Assembly: GCA_963727445.1 (NCBI GenBank) | Contig: CAVSGI010000010.1 | Coordinates: 1,120,001 to 1,184,000, forward strand | Length of the DNA stretch: 64,000 nucleotides | Reading direction: 5' to 3' | Source: an uncultured delta proteobacterium | Lineage (GTDB): Bacteria; Myxococcota_A; Polyangia; Polyangiales; B10-G4 | Shown: piece after piece, positions 9,375 through 19,459 of the stretch | Layout of the letters: each line of letters starts with the position of its first letter | How positions within the stretch are numbered: the first letter of the stretch is position 1 | Made by a program: the position numbers and the translations under genes | The notes under the pieces: model-generated | The model's database searches: none | What the model was told of the DNA's origin: nothing | What the model saw: only the letters and a program-made list of their open reading frames with translations

Positions 9375-12053
9375 TCAGCGATACGCCCAGAGCACCTGAT
9401 CGACGCCCACCGCGCCACGGTCGACGACGAGGTGCTGGTAGGCCGCCGCGAGCTGGATGTCCGTCGCGTGCGAGCCGAACTGCGTGTAGACGTGATGGGT
9501 CAGCTCGCCGACGGTGAGCACGTGGTCGCGCGGGTTCATGTCGGCGTCGCCCTGCATCGCCATGCGCAGGAAATAGCTCAAGTAGCCGCCCGCCTGGAAC
9601 TGGCCGGCCACCGCCGACAGGACGTCCTCCTCCGAGGAGAAGAGCCCGACCCGACCCGGGCGCGTGATGATGTCCTTGGCGAAGCCGCCCGAGTGACAGG
9701 CGTCGATGGCGACGAGAGAGATGCGCGCCGGCATCGCGTCGAAGAGCCGACCCAGCTCGTCGTCCACCAACTGCCCGTCGTAGAGCACGAGATACTCGTC
9801 CTTGCCGTCGATCTCGCGTGTGTCGTTGCTCGAAGCGGTCTGACCGCCGTGTCCGGAGTAGAAGAAGACGAAGACGTCGTCCGGCCCCAGCTCGCGGCTG
9901 AGTCGCTGCATGTTCTGGCGAATGTTCGTCGTGGTCGCCTGCGAATCGGTGAGCACCACCTGCCGCTCGCTCGGCAGCAAGCCCTCGTTGTGCAGCGTCT
10001 CGGCGAGACGGGTCGCGTCGTTGGCGCACTCCGGCAGATCGTTGGCGCCACCGGGATAATCGCTGATGCCCGCGAAGAGGCCGAAGACCCGGCCACCCGA
10101 GCCACCAGCGCCGCCACCACCGCCACCGCCGTCGGGGTGGGGAACCGACGCGCCGGCGCTCTGCACCAGGCTCCACGCGCCGGTCTCCCCCGGCTGGTAG
10201 CTCGTGACGAGGAGCTGGTAGGCGCCGGCTTCGGCCGAAGGGATGTCGACGCCCGAGTTCGTCGACCCCGCCTCGAAGTCGTCGTTGTCGAGCTGGCGCC
10301 CGCTCGGCGTGCGCACGATCAGGTAGGTGTCGAACTGTGTGGAGGTGAGCCGAAGCTGCACCGACGCGCCAGGGTTGAAGCTCATGGTGAGCGCGTCCGC
10401 GTACTCGCCGCTCGGCAGCTGCCGGTCACCCTGCGCGAGGTTGCCGCGCTGGGTCGCCCCCGACGCGGAAGGCGGAGGCGTCGGCGCCCCTCCGCTGCCA
10501 CCCGTGCCGCCGCTGCCGCCGCCGGCACCGGTCACGACCAGCTCGTAGTCTCCGGACTCGCCCGGCTCGTAGCTGGTCACGAGGACGCGGTACTCGCCGC
10601 CGATGGACACCAGGTCGACCTGCGCGTCGGTCCCGCCGCCCGGGCCGTCGTCGTTGTCCTGCTGGTCACCCGAAGGCGGCTGGACGATCAGATAGGTGTC
10701 GAACTGCGAAGAGCGCGCCCGGATGCTCACGCTCTGGCCGGCCGGAATGGTGAGCCGATGCGTGTCGTAGAGCTCGCCGCTGTCGAGCTGCTCATCGCCG
10801 TTCTGAAGCGAGCCGCGGATAGTCTGCACGTCGCCGCCCGCGCTCGGCGCACCCGATGCCCCCGTCCCACCGATGACCGAGGTCACGTTGGTGAGGTCGA
10901 CGGTTCGCGCGCCCCCGCGCGAGACCGCCAGCTGATAGGCGCCGCGATCGGTGTTGCGATACCCGGTGGCGACCACGCGATAGGCGCCGGCGGTGGGGGC
11001 CGTCATCTCGAGTCGGCTGTTCCGCGTCCCGCCGTAGTCGTCGTTCTCCCAGTACTGGCCCGTCGGTCCGACCACCATCAGGTAGGGGTCGAAAGCCTCC
11101 GAATCGAGCTGCACCGCGAGGGGCACGTTGGCTTCGGCGACCGTCAGCGTGAAGATGTCGGCCAGCTCGCCGCTGGGAAGCGCCCCGTCGCCATCGGCGA
11201 GCGCGCCTTCGAGCGCGCGTCCCACGGTGATCGGCGCTGCGCCCGGTCCCGTGGGGAGCTGATGGTGTCCGCGCGCGAGCGTCGGTGTCGGCGGACCGTT
11301 CGGGGCCGCGAGCGAGACTTGATAGCTCGCGAGTTGATTGGCGCTCGGCGCCATGATCTGGACGCGATGGTTACCGGGCGTGACCAGCGTCCACGTGCCG
11401 TCCTGGCCCTGCCATACGGGATTGCCCGCCGGGTCCACCACGGCCACCTGTGGCAGCACCTGTCCCTGCGCCTCGACCCGGAGGCTCCCCGGACCGGTCG
11501 CCATCACCGTGTCGTAAGCCCGCCCATCGGGGAGCTTCGCGTCCTCTGCCGAGAGCTCTCCGCTGACGCGCCCACCCGCCACCAACGTCTCCTGTGCAGC
11601 CGTGCCCCCACCCACGCGACGCACCAGGAGGCGGTAGCGACCGGTTCCGTCGCCGCGGTGGCTCGTCACCGCGACCTTGATGGTGCTCGCCTGGTGCAGA
11701 TCGATCGAGAGCTGCGAGTGCTCGTGGCTGCCCTGGAAGTCGTCGTTGCTGAGGGTGAAGCCTTCCGGCGTCGTCACGTGCACCAGCGGGTCGAAGGCGC
11801 TCGAGCTGAGCGTCACCAGGTAGGTGCCCGGGGCCTGGAGGTTCACGTCGAAGCGCTGGACCAGTGCCGTGCCGATGTGCTCGCTCGCGCGGGTGAGCTC
11901 CCCCTCCTCGGAGAAGACGATGTTGGCGTCGGCCGTGTTGTTCGTCGCCGACCCGGACTGCTGTCCGGCCCCCTGCTGGCAGCTGCCGCAGCTGGTGGCG
12001 AAGAGGAGGAGGAAGGTCGTGGCGGAGAGGCGGAAGCGGGGCGAAGGGCTCAC
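9375..12053 (-). CDS. Lipoprotein with about five PPC-like domains and a C-terminal caspase-like (C14) peptidase
   Basis: Lipobox FATSC, repeated S..FDTYL..NDD..NS modules, catalytic YSGHG and DACHSG motifs. Confidence 0.85.
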   Translation of the reverse strand: MSPSPRFRLSATTFLLLFATSCGSCQQGAGQQSGSATNNTADANIVFSEEGELTRASEHIGTALVQRFDVNLQAPGTYLVTLSSSAFDPLVHVTTPEGFTLSNDDFQGSHEHSQLSIDLHQASTIKVAVTSHRGDGTGRYRLLVRRVGGGTAAQETLVAGGRVSGELSAEDAKLPDGRAYDTVMATGPGSLRVEAQGQVLPQVAVVDPAGNPVWQGQDGTWTLVTPGNHRVQIMAPSANQLASYQVSLAAPNGPPTPTLARGHHQLPTGPGAAPITVGRALEGALADGDGALPSGELADIFTLTVAEANVPLAVQLDSEAFDPYLMVVGPTGQYWENDDYGGTRNSRLEMTAPTAGAYRVVATGYRNTDRGAYQLAVSRGGARTVDLTNVTSVIGGTGASGAPSAGGDVQTIRGSLQNGDEQLDSGELYDTHRLTIPAGQSVSIRARSSQFDTYLIVQPPSGDQQDNDDGPGGGTDAQVDLVSIGGEYRVLVTSYEPGESGDYELVVTGAGGGSGGTGGSGGAPTPPPSASGATQRGNLAQGDRQLPSGEYADALTMSFNPGASVQLRLTSTQFDTYLIVRTPSGRQLDNDDFEAGSTNSGVDIPSAEAGAYQLLVTSYQPGETGAWSLVQSAGASVPHPDGGGGGGGAGGSGGRVFGLFAGISDYPGGANDLPECANDATRLAETLHNEGLLPSERQVVLTDSQATTTNIRQNMQRLSRELGPDDVFVFFYSGHGGQTASSNDTREIDGKDEYLVLYDGQLVDDELGRLFDAMPARISLVAIDACHSGGFAKDIITRPGRVGLFSSEEDVLSAVAGQFQAGGYLSYFLRMAMQGDADMNPRDHVLTVGELTHHVYTQFGSHATDIQLAAAYQHLVVDRGAVGVDQVLWAYR

Positions 12054-12276
12054 GGAGACCTCGGGTGGGAGTGTGAACTCAGTACAGAGTAGTACGGGCG
12101 GTGCGTGAGGGGTCCAACATCACGGTGGAATCCGGCCCCCACGCTACCCGAGGCTCGCCCGGGGCGGCCACGGGCGGTCGAGACAGGTAGGCGATTTGTC
12201 TGGCATTGTGAGCGTTCGGGCTTGCGGGCCTGGCGTCCCTAACGTAGAGCCCTTCCACTCGACACGAGGCCATCCG

Positions 12277-14127
12277 ATGCCCGACACCAACGCTACGGCG
12301 GCTGCCCGCGAGTCTGTCGACTCGGTCGTCATTCGATTCGCCGGTGATTCCGGCGACGGGATGCAGCTGACCGGGACCCAGTTCACGACAACCAGCGCCC
12401 TCGCTGGCAACGACCTCGCGACCTTCCCCGACTACCCCGCCGAGATCCGCGCTCCCGCGGGTACGCTCCCGGGTGTCTCGGGCTTCCAGGTCCACTTCTC
12501 GAGCCACGACGTGTTCACGCCGGGCGACGTGGTCGACGTGCTCGTCGCGATGAACCCCGCCGCGCTCAAGCGGAATCTCGGGGACGTGAGGCCGGGCGGG
12601 ACGGTGATCCTGGACACCGCGGGCTTCAGCAAGAAGAACCTCGAGAAGGCGCACTACGAGGACGACCCGCGCGAGAACGGGAGCCTCAAGGGCTACGACC
12701 TGATCGAGGTCGACATCACGGAGCTCACGCTCAAGGCCGTCGAGGACATGAAGATGAACAATCGGGCGGCGGTTCGCTCGAAGAACATGTTCGCCCTCGG
12801 CCTCGTGTACTGGATGTTCGATCGGAAGATCGAGCACACCCTCGACTTCCTCCAGAAGAAGTTCGAGAAGAAGCCGACCATTCTCGAAGCGAACCAGCGG
12901 GCGCTCAAGGCCGGCTATCACTACGGCGAGACCCACGAGCTCTTCCGCCACGTCTACGAGGTGAAGGCGGCGAGCCACGCCCCTGGCCTCTACCGCAACA
13001 TCTCCGGCAACGAGGCGCTCGCCTTCGGGCTCTGCGCGGCGTCGCAGCTGAGCGGCCTCGAGCTCTTCTACGCGAGCTACCCGATCACCCCGGCCTCACC
13101 GATCCTCCACTACCTCGCCCGCCAGAAGGCGCTGGGTGTCGCCACCTTCCAGGCCGAGGACGAGATCGCCGCCATGTGCGCCGCGATCGGCGCGAGCTAC
13201 GCCGGGGCCCTCGGCGTCACCGCCACCAGCGGCCCGGGCATCGCGCTCAAGGGTGAGGCCATCGGCCTCGCGCTGATCTACGAGCTTCCCGCCGTCGTCG
13301 TGAACGTGCAGCGCGCCGGGCCCAGCACCGGCATGCCCACCAAGACCGAGCAGGCCGATCTGCTGCAGGCGCTCTACGGGCGCCACGGCGAATCGCCGAT
13401 GCCGGTGATCGCTGCGCGCAGCCCCGGCGACTGCTTCTTCGCCGCCATCGAAGCGGCGCGGGTCGCCGTGAAGTACATGACGCCGGTCATCCTCCTCTCC
13501 GACGGCTACATCGCCAACGGCGCCGAGCCCTGGCCGATCCCGCAGGTGAGCGACATCCCGAAGATCGAGGTCGCCTTCCGCACCGAGCCCGAGGGCTTTC
13601 AGCCCTACATGCGCAACGACCACCTCGCGCGGCCCTGGGCCCTGCCCGGCACGCCCGGTCTCGAGCACCGCCTCGGCGGCCTCGAGAAGCAGGACGTCAC
13701 CGGCAACGTCAGCTACGACCCGGCGAACCACCAGCGCATGAGCGAGCTCCGCCGCGACAAAGTGCTCAAGGTCGCCGACGACCTGCCGCAAACCGAGATC
13801 TTCGGCGACGAAGAAGGCGACCTGGTGGTCGTCGGCTGGGGCGGCACCTACGGCGCCATCCACCAGGGTGTGGCGGAGGCGCGCGAGCGCGGGCACAAGG
13901 TCGGTCACGTGCACCTGCGCTGGCTGAGCCCGCTGCCCAAGGACCTGCCCGACATCCTCCGCCGCTACCGCAAGGTGCTGGTCCCGGAGCTCAACCTCGG
14001 GCAGCTCTCGAAGGTGCTGCGCGCCGAGTACCTGATCGACGCGCGCCCCTACTGCAAGATCCAGGGACAGCCGTTCCGAGTCAGCGAGATCGTCGACGCG
14101 ATCCGCGCCCAGCTGGAGGCCCACTGA
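12277..14127 (+). CDS. korA: 2-oxoacid:ferredoxin oxidoreductase subunit alpha
   Basis: RFAGDSGDGMQ, YPITP, QAEDEIAA, TSGPG, QRAGPSTGMPTKTEQADL. Confidence 0.93.
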   Translation: MPDTNATAAARESVDSVVIRFAGDSGDGMQLTGTQFTTTSALAGNDLATFPDYPAEIRAPAGTLPGVSGFQVHFSSHDVFTPGDVVDVLVAMNPAALKRNLGDVRPGGTVILDTAGFSKKNLEKAHYEDDPRENGSLKGYDLIEVDITELTLKAVEDMKMNNRAAVRSKNMFALGLVYWMFDRKIEHTLDFLQKKFEKKPTILEANQRALKAGYHYGETHELFRHVYEVKAASHAPGLYRNISGNEALAFGLCAASQLSGLELFYASYPITPASPILHYLARQKALGVATFQAEDEIAAMCAAIGASYAGALGVTATSGPGIALKGEAIGLALIYELPAVVVNVQRAGPSTGMPTKTEQADLLQALYGRHGESPMPVIAARSPGDCFFAAIEAARVAVKYMTPVILLSDGYIANGAEPWPIPQVSDIPKIEVAFRTEPEGFQPYMRNDHLARPWALPGTPGLEHRLGGLEKQDVTGNVSYDPANHQRMSELRRDKVLKVADDLPQTEIFGDEEGDLVVVGWGGTYGAIHQGVAEARERGHKVGHVHLRWLSPLPKDLPDILRRYRKVLVPELNLGQLSKVLRAEYLIDARPYCKIQGQPFRVSEIVDAIRAQLEAH

Positions 14128-15137
14128 TGGACGCCAAGGCCGCCGAAGCCCCGAAGCTCACCCGCAAAGACTTCGCCTCCGATCAGGAGGTGCGTTGGTG
14201 CCCGGGCTGTGGTGACTACTCGATCCTCGCCCAGGTGCAGCGGACGCTGCCCGAGCTGGGGCTGCCGAAGGAGAAGTACGTGGTGGTCGCCGGGATCGGC
14301 TGCTCGAGCCGCTTCCCCTATTACATGAACACCTATGGCATCCACACGATCCACGGTCGAGCGCCGGCCTTCGCGACGGGCATCAAGGGCGCCAACCCGG
14401 ATCTGTCGGTGTGGCTCATCACCGGTGACGGCGACGGCCTGTCGATCGGCGGCAACCACCTGTTGCACGTGCTCCGGCGCAACGTCGAGGTGCGGATCCT
14501 CCTCTTCAACAACCGCATCTACGGCCTCACCAAGGGCCAGTACAGCCCGACCTCGCCGGTCGGCAAGCGCACCGGCTCCACGCCCTTCGGCTCGATCGAT
14601 CATCCGATCGATCCGCTGCGCTTCGCCCTCGGCGCGGACGCGAGCTTCGTGGCACGTGTCATCGACGTCGACGCCAAGAACTTCCAGAAGATCCTGCGGC
14701 GCGCGGCGATGCACCGCGGCGCGACCTTCGTCGAGATCTACCAGAACTGCCCCATCTTCAACGACGACGCCTTCATCCAGCTCTCGGACAAGAAGCAGCG
14801 CCCCGAAAACGCGCTCTACCTCGAGCACGGCGAGAAGATGCTCTTCGGCCCGGACAACGAGCACGGCATCGCTTACGACGACGTCATGCTCCCGCGCATC
14901 GTCGCCGCCGACGACCCCGACGTTCTCGTCCACGACGAGACCAACCTGATGATGGCGCAGATGCTGGCTCTGATGGAGCAGATGCCCGGCATGCCCACCC
15001 CCCTCGGCGTCTTCCGCGCCGTCGATCGCCCCACCTACGAGCGTCAGCTCAACGAACAGCTCGAAGCCCAGAAGGCCGCAAAGACGCTCACCATCCAGCA
15101 GGTGCTCGAGTCCGGCGAAACCTGGACCGTCGAGTAG
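14127..15137 (+). CDS. korB: 2-oxoacid:ferredoxin oxidoreductase subunit beta
   Basis: WCPGCGD, GIGCSSR, TPP-binding GDGD...NN, YGLTKGQYSPT. Confidence 0.93.
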   Translation: MDAKAAEAPKLTRKDFASDQEVRWCPGCGDYSILAQVQRTLPELGLPKEKYVVVAGIGCSSRFPYYMNTYGIHTIHGRAPAFATGIKGANPDLSVWLITGDGDGLSIGGNHLLHVLRRNVEVRILLFNNRIYGLTKGQYSPTSPVGKRTGSTPFGSIDHPIDPLRFALGADASFVARVIDVDAKNFQKILRRAAMHRGATFVEIYQNCPIFNDDAFIQLSDKKQRPENALYLEHGEKMLFGPDNEHGIAYDDVMLPRIVAADDPDVLVHDETNLMMAQMLALMEQMPGMPTPLGVFRAVDRPTYERQLNEQLEAQKAAKTLTIQQVLESGETWTVE

Positions 15138-15334
15138 CCCCGGGGACGGTCTACACTTTTCAACTTTCGCCCCGAGCAGGAGTAGCCCCGGGGACGGTCT
15201 ACACTTTTCAACTTTCGCCCAGCCATTTCCCCGCGATTTCGGGCGCCGAAAGTTGAAAAGTGTAGACCGTCCCCGAAGCGGGCGAGGGCGGCTTGGAGCG
15301 GGGCGCCGAAAGTTGAAAAGTGTAGACCGTCCCC
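15132..15334. repeat. Four-copy 28-bp repeat cluster (two direct, then two inverted), REP/BIME- or MITE-like
   Basis: Core GGGGACGGTCTACACTTTTCAACTTTCG within 15132-15172 and 15180-15220; reverse complement within 15241-15274 and 15301-15334. Confidence 0.9.
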
Positions 15335-15408
15335 AAAGCGGGGGCTGGGTGGGTGGTCTGAGCGGCACCGGCCGGGTGTATGCTCCGCGGCCAGGGAGGG
15401 ACCCGACC

Positions 15409-17346
15409 ATGCGCAAACTCGCGCTTCTAGTGCTCACGTTCATCATCGCTCTGCCCGCGACGGCGAGCGCGTTCTGCGGTTTCTACGTCACCGGCGCCGA
15501 CGCCCCGCTGGTGAACAACGCCACGATGGTGGTGATGATGCGCGATGGGACGCGCACCGTCCTGTCGATGGAGAACAACTACCAGGGGCCGCCCTCGGAC
15601 TTCGCGATGGTGGTGCCGGTCCCGGTGGTGCTGCAGGAGGACAACGTGAAGACCCTCGAGAAGGCGGTCTTCACCCAGGTCGATCGCCTCGCGGCGCCCC
15701 GCCTCGTCGAGTACTGGGAGCAGGACCCGTGCTACGAGGAGCCGGAGGCGGAAGAGGAGGCGGACTTCGCGATGCGCGCCGAGGCCATGCCGGCGCCTTC
15801 CCCCGAAGCCAGCGCGGACGACCTCGGCGTCACCATCGAAGCGCAGTTCACCGTCGGCGAATACGAGATCGTGATCCTCAGCGCCCGTGACTCCTCGGGC
15901 CTCGACACCTGGCTGCGGCAGAACGAGTACAACATCCCCGAAGGCGCCGAGGAGATCCTCCGCCCCTACGTCGAGGGCGGCATGAAGTTCTTCGTCGCCA
16001 AGGTCGACGTGGAAAAGGTCACCTTCGCGGGCGACCAGCTGATGCTCTCACCGCTCCGCTTCCACTACGACACCGATCAGTTCAGCCTCCCGATCCGCCT
16101 GGGCCTGTTGAACAGCGCCGGCAAGCAGGACCTGATCGTCCACATCCTCGCCGAGAACCAGCGCTACGAGGTCGCCAACTACGAAAACGTCACGGTGCCG
16201 ACCAACGTCGACGTCGCAGACGACGTGCGGGAGCGCTTCGGCGAGTTCTACGCGGCGATGTTCGACGCGACCCTCGAGCGCAATCCCCGCTCCGTGGTCA
16301 CCGAATACGCATGGCAGGCATCGAACTGCGACCCCTGCCCCGGCCCGGTCCTCGACGCCTCGATCCTGATGACCCTCGGCGCCGACGTACTGCCCGGGAT
16401 GAGCGGAAGCCGCCGCGGCGACGCCTCCTTCGGCACACCCACCGTGGCCGGCGACATCGACGCCGCGGTGGCCGGCGCGGTGGTGGGCACGCGAAAGAAC
16501 GCGATCATCGCCTGCTACCAAGGCGCCCTCGACCGCAGCTCGTCCATCCAGGGCGGCGCGTCGGTGCGCGTGACGATCGGCACCGACGGCTCGGTCAGCG
16601 GCCAGCCGCGCCTCACGGTCAACGGCGGACGCGACGCCGAAATGGAAGCGTGCATCCAGTCGCAGATCTCGTCGCTCCGCTTCCCCGCGCCCCAGAACGG
16701 CGCCGCCGCCACCCTCACCATCCCCTTCACCCTCGTGGCCGCACCCGTCGATCAGTGGCAGGTGCAGCAGCGCCTCACCAACTTCGTGCTGACCCGCTTG
16801 CACGCGCGTTACGCGAAGGAGGGAATCGACGAGGACCTGGTCTTCCGCCCGGCCGATCCCATCGTCGGCGGCCGCGAGTTCGTTCAGAACGATGGCAAGC
16901 TGGAGGAAGGCTCGCAGCCCTCGTCGGTGAACAACTTCCAGGCGCGCTACGCCATCCGTCACCCGTGGGAAGGACCGATCACCTGCGACAATCCGCGCCG
17001 CGGCATCTGGGGCGGGCCTCCTTCGGGCGTGGGTGCGAACCAGCAGGTTCGGCCAGCGCTCGATCTCGCCTTCGCGCCACGTGGTCAGATGACCCTCTCG
17101 GACATGCTTCGCCAGAACGTGCCCGAGCTCTCCATCGAGCCGCCCACCACGACCTCCGCCCTCCTCAGCGGTGCGACGCAGGCGGCCGCCGCGGCGGCGA
17201 CGGGAGCGGCCGCGACTACCGGGGAGAGCGACGGTGGCTGCGGATCGTGCACCACCGCCGGAAACCAGGAAGGGGAGCCGCTCATGGGGCTGCTCTTCGC
17301 TCTTTTGGGCCTCGCGGGCTTCGGCTTCCTTCGCAAGCGCCGGTGA
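15409..17346 (+). CDS. DUF2330-family protein with an inserted AgmX/PglI C-terminal-like domain and MYXO-CTERM
   Basis: AFCGFYV, DFAMVVPVP, VTEYAW..CDPC, LTRLHARY; insert IIACYQGAL...CIQSQISSLRFPAP; GGCGSC + TM + RKRR. Confidence 0.85.
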   Translation: MRKLALLVLTFIIALPATASAFCGFYVTGADAPLVNNATMVVMMRDGTRTVLSMENNYQGPPSDFAMVVPVPVVLQEDNVKTLEKAVFTQVDRLAAPRLVEYWEQDPCYEEPEAEEEADFAMRAEAMPAPSPEASADDLGVTIEAQFTVGEYEIVILSARDSSGLDTWLRQNEYNIPEGAEEILRPYVEGGMKFFVAKVDVEKVTFAGDQLMLSPLRFHYDTDQFSLPIRLGLLNSAGKQDLIVHILAENQRYEVANYENVTVPTNVDVADDVRERFGEFYAAMFDATLERNPRSVVTEYAWQASNCDPCPGPVLDASILMTLGADVLPGMSGSRRGDASFGTPTVAGDIDAAVAGAVVGTRKNAIIACYQGALDRSSSIQGGASVRVTIGTDGSVSGQPRLTVNGGRDAEMEACIQSQISSLRFPAPQNGAAATLTIPFTLVAAPVDQWQVQQRLTNFVLTRLHARYAKEGIDEDLVFRPADPIVGGREFVQNDGKLEEGSQPSSVNNFQARYAIRHPWEGPITCDNPRRGIWGGPPSGVGANQQVRPALDLAFAPRGQMTLSDMLRQNVPELSIEPPTTTSALLSGATQAAAAAATGAAATTGESDGGCGSCTTAGNQEGEPLMGLLFALLGLAGFGFLRKRR

Positions 17347-17429
17347 TCGATTGTATCATTCGTGACCAGTACTTGATTTGACTCCAGCGGATGTTTACAC
17401 AATAAGACTCCGCTCTCTCCTCTGGGGGA

Positions 17430-18497
17430 ATGGAAGTGATGCCGAGCGAAGAGGATCCACCACCGCGCTACTCCGATCCTGGTGAGCGAATCAGCCTCAC
17501 CGATCTCGAGGAGATCAAACCGCTGGGCACCACGCCGCCGCCGGTTCCCAACGAAGCGGCGGAGCACTTCGATCTCGACGAAGCCATGTCGCGCGCCCTG
17601 TCGTCCGTGGCCGCGCCCCCCGCGCCGACCATCGATGTGGAGCGGCGAAGCACCCCCGACAAGAAGCCGACGCAGTCGAAGAACCTACGGCCGGTGCAGG
17701 CCGCCGTCGCCATCACCATCGGGGCGGCCATCGCCTGGTTCGTCCAGCGACCGGCAGAGCCGACCGAGTCGGTCGCCCAGAACGATCCTCCTGCGGAGAC
17801 CTCGACGAACATCGCGCAAGTGCGCCCCGAGAACGACGCGCCTTCCATCCCGGAGATGGCAGCCGCCGAACCGATTTCCTCCGTGATGAGCGAGCCCGGC
17901 GCGATGCCGACCGGGCCGACGCCGACAGAGCCAATCGTCGCTCAGCGCCCGGAGGCCGCCGACGAGCCCCAGGCCGACGAGCCCCAGAACGAACACGCCG
18001 CGGAGCCCACGGTCGCCGCTCATCACGCCGAGGCCCAACAGGCCCAGCATTCGACCTCGCCCACCCAGGCCGCCGAGGCGGAATCCGACGACAACCCGCA
18101 CCTCCCCGCCGACTACGACACCCCCGAGGCCCAAGCTGCCCGAGAGGCACACCGACAGGAGGTTCGTGAAGCGGAAGCCGCCGCCCAGGCCGCGCGCGAA
18201 GCCGAAGCCGCCGCCGAAGCCGCGCGCGCCGAGCTCCCACCGGAGCCCGACCGCGACTCGGTGCGCGACGCGATGGAGGCTGTCCGCGGCGCCATCACAC
18301 AGTGCGCCGGGGGGGCGCACGGCACCGCCACCATGCGCATCACGGTCCACCACTCCGGCCGGGTGCAGGGGGCGCTCGTCGAGGGCACTTTCGCCGGCAC
18401 CCCGGAGGGGTCCTGCATGGCCCTGGCCGCCCGCCGCGCCCGCTTCCCGGCGTTCAGCAACGACCGCTTCGCGGTCACCTATCCGTTCACGTTCTGA
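17430..18497 (+). CDS. Membrane-anchored protein with Pro/Glu-rich linker and AgmX/PglI (TonB-C-like) C-terminal domain
   Basis: One TM helix, low-complexity linker, ITQC...SGRV...GSCMALAARRARFPAF. Confidence 0.75.
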   Translation: MEVMPSEEDPPPRYSDPGERISLTDLEEIKPLGTTPPPVPNEAAEHFDLDEAMSRALSSVAAPPAPTIDVERRSTPDKKPTQSKNLRPVQAAVAITIGAAIAWFVQRPAEPTESVAQNDPPAETSTNIAQVRPENDAPSIPEMAAAEPISSVMSEPGAMPTGPTPTEPIVAQRPEAADEPQADEPQNEHAAEPTVAAHHAEAQQAQHSTSPTQAAEAESDDNPHLPADYDTPEAQAAREAHRQEVREAEAAAQAAREAEAAAEAARAELPPEPDRDSVRDAMEAVRGAITQCAGGAHGTATMRITVHHSGRVQGALVEGTFAGTPEGSCMALAARRARFPAFSNDRFAVTYPFTF

Positions 18498-18579
18498 GCC
18501 GCCTCGCGGTCGCGCCATCCCCCCGATCCAGCATGGCTTGCCGGGATCGGGGCTGGGCCGGTAGGCTCCCGACTCGAGC

Positions 18580-19401
18580 ATGGGATTCTGGGTGAGATTC
18601 TGGGGGGTGCGCGGGTCGATCGCCTGCCCGACGCCCCGCCACATCGCCTTCGGCGGAAACACGAGCTGCATCGAGATCGAAGCGGATGCGCAGCGCATCG
18701 TGTTGGACGCCGGCACGGGCATCCGCGAGCTCGGCCACTCCTTCATGAAGCGCGGCATCGACCACGCGAACATCCTTCTGACCCACACCCACTGGGACCA
18801 CATCAACGGCTTCCCGTTCTTCGGTCCCGGCTACGATCCGAACTGCAAGTTCGACGTGATGGCCGGCCACCTCGCCGACCACGGCGGCGTGCGCCAGGTG
18901 CTCGCCGGTCAGATGGCGACGCCCATGTTCCCGGTGCCCCTCGAGACGCTACGCGCAGAGATGACGTTCCAGGATTTCCGCGCGGGCGAGTCCTTCGAGA
19001 TCGGAACCGTCAAGGTCCGCACCGCCATGCTCAATCATCCGCAGGGCGCCACCGGCTACCGCATCGAGTCGGGCGGAAAGTCGGTCTGCTACGTGACGGA
19101 CACCGAGCACGTCCTCGGCACGCACGACGAGAACATCCTGGCGCTGATCGACGGGGCCGACCTGGTCATCTACGACAGCACCTACACCGACGCGGAGTTC
19201 CCCGAGAAGATCGGCTGGGGCCACTCCACCTGGCAGGAGGGCGTTCGCCTCTGCCAGCGCGCGAACGTGAAGCAGCTCGCCATCTTCCACCACGACCCCG
19301 AGCACGAGGACGCCTTCATGGAGAACCTCGAGCGCGAGGCTCAGGACATGTGGGACGGCTCGCTCGTGGCGCGCGAGCACATGCGGTTGACGCTCGTCTA
19401 G
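18580..19401 (+). CDS. MBL-fold metallo-hydrolase
   Basis: FWGVRGS, GGNTSC, LDAGTG, THTHWDH, WGHST, FHHDP. Confidence 0.9.
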   Translation: MGFWVRFWGVRGSIACPTPRHIAFGGNTSCIEIEADAQRIVLDAGTGIRELGHSFMKRGIDHANILLTHTHWDHINGFPFFGPGYDPNCKFDVMAGHLADHGGVRQVLAGQMATPMFPVPLETLRAEMTFQDFRAGESFEIGTVKVRTAMLNHPQGATGYRIESGGKSVCYVTDTEHVLGTHDENILALIDGADLVIYDSTYTDAEFPEKIGWGHSTWQEGVRLCQRANVKQLAIFHHDPEHEDAFMENLEREAQDMWDGSLVAREHMRLTLV

Positions 19402-19459
19402 TGCCTGGCGAGAACCCTTCTACGTCATTGGACCAGGCACTGGGGGCGCGCTCGCGCCC

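Noticed and set aside
9261..12092. 943 aa plus-strand ORF, and similar long ORFs such as 48079-50607 (-), 50567-53089 (-) and 55183-57564 (-)
   Set aside because: Antisense shadows of well-supported genes, expected at high GC; no recognisable motifs
15132..15334. CRISPR array
   Set aside because: Only four copies, half of them inverted, uneven short spacers with shared flanks, and no cas genes
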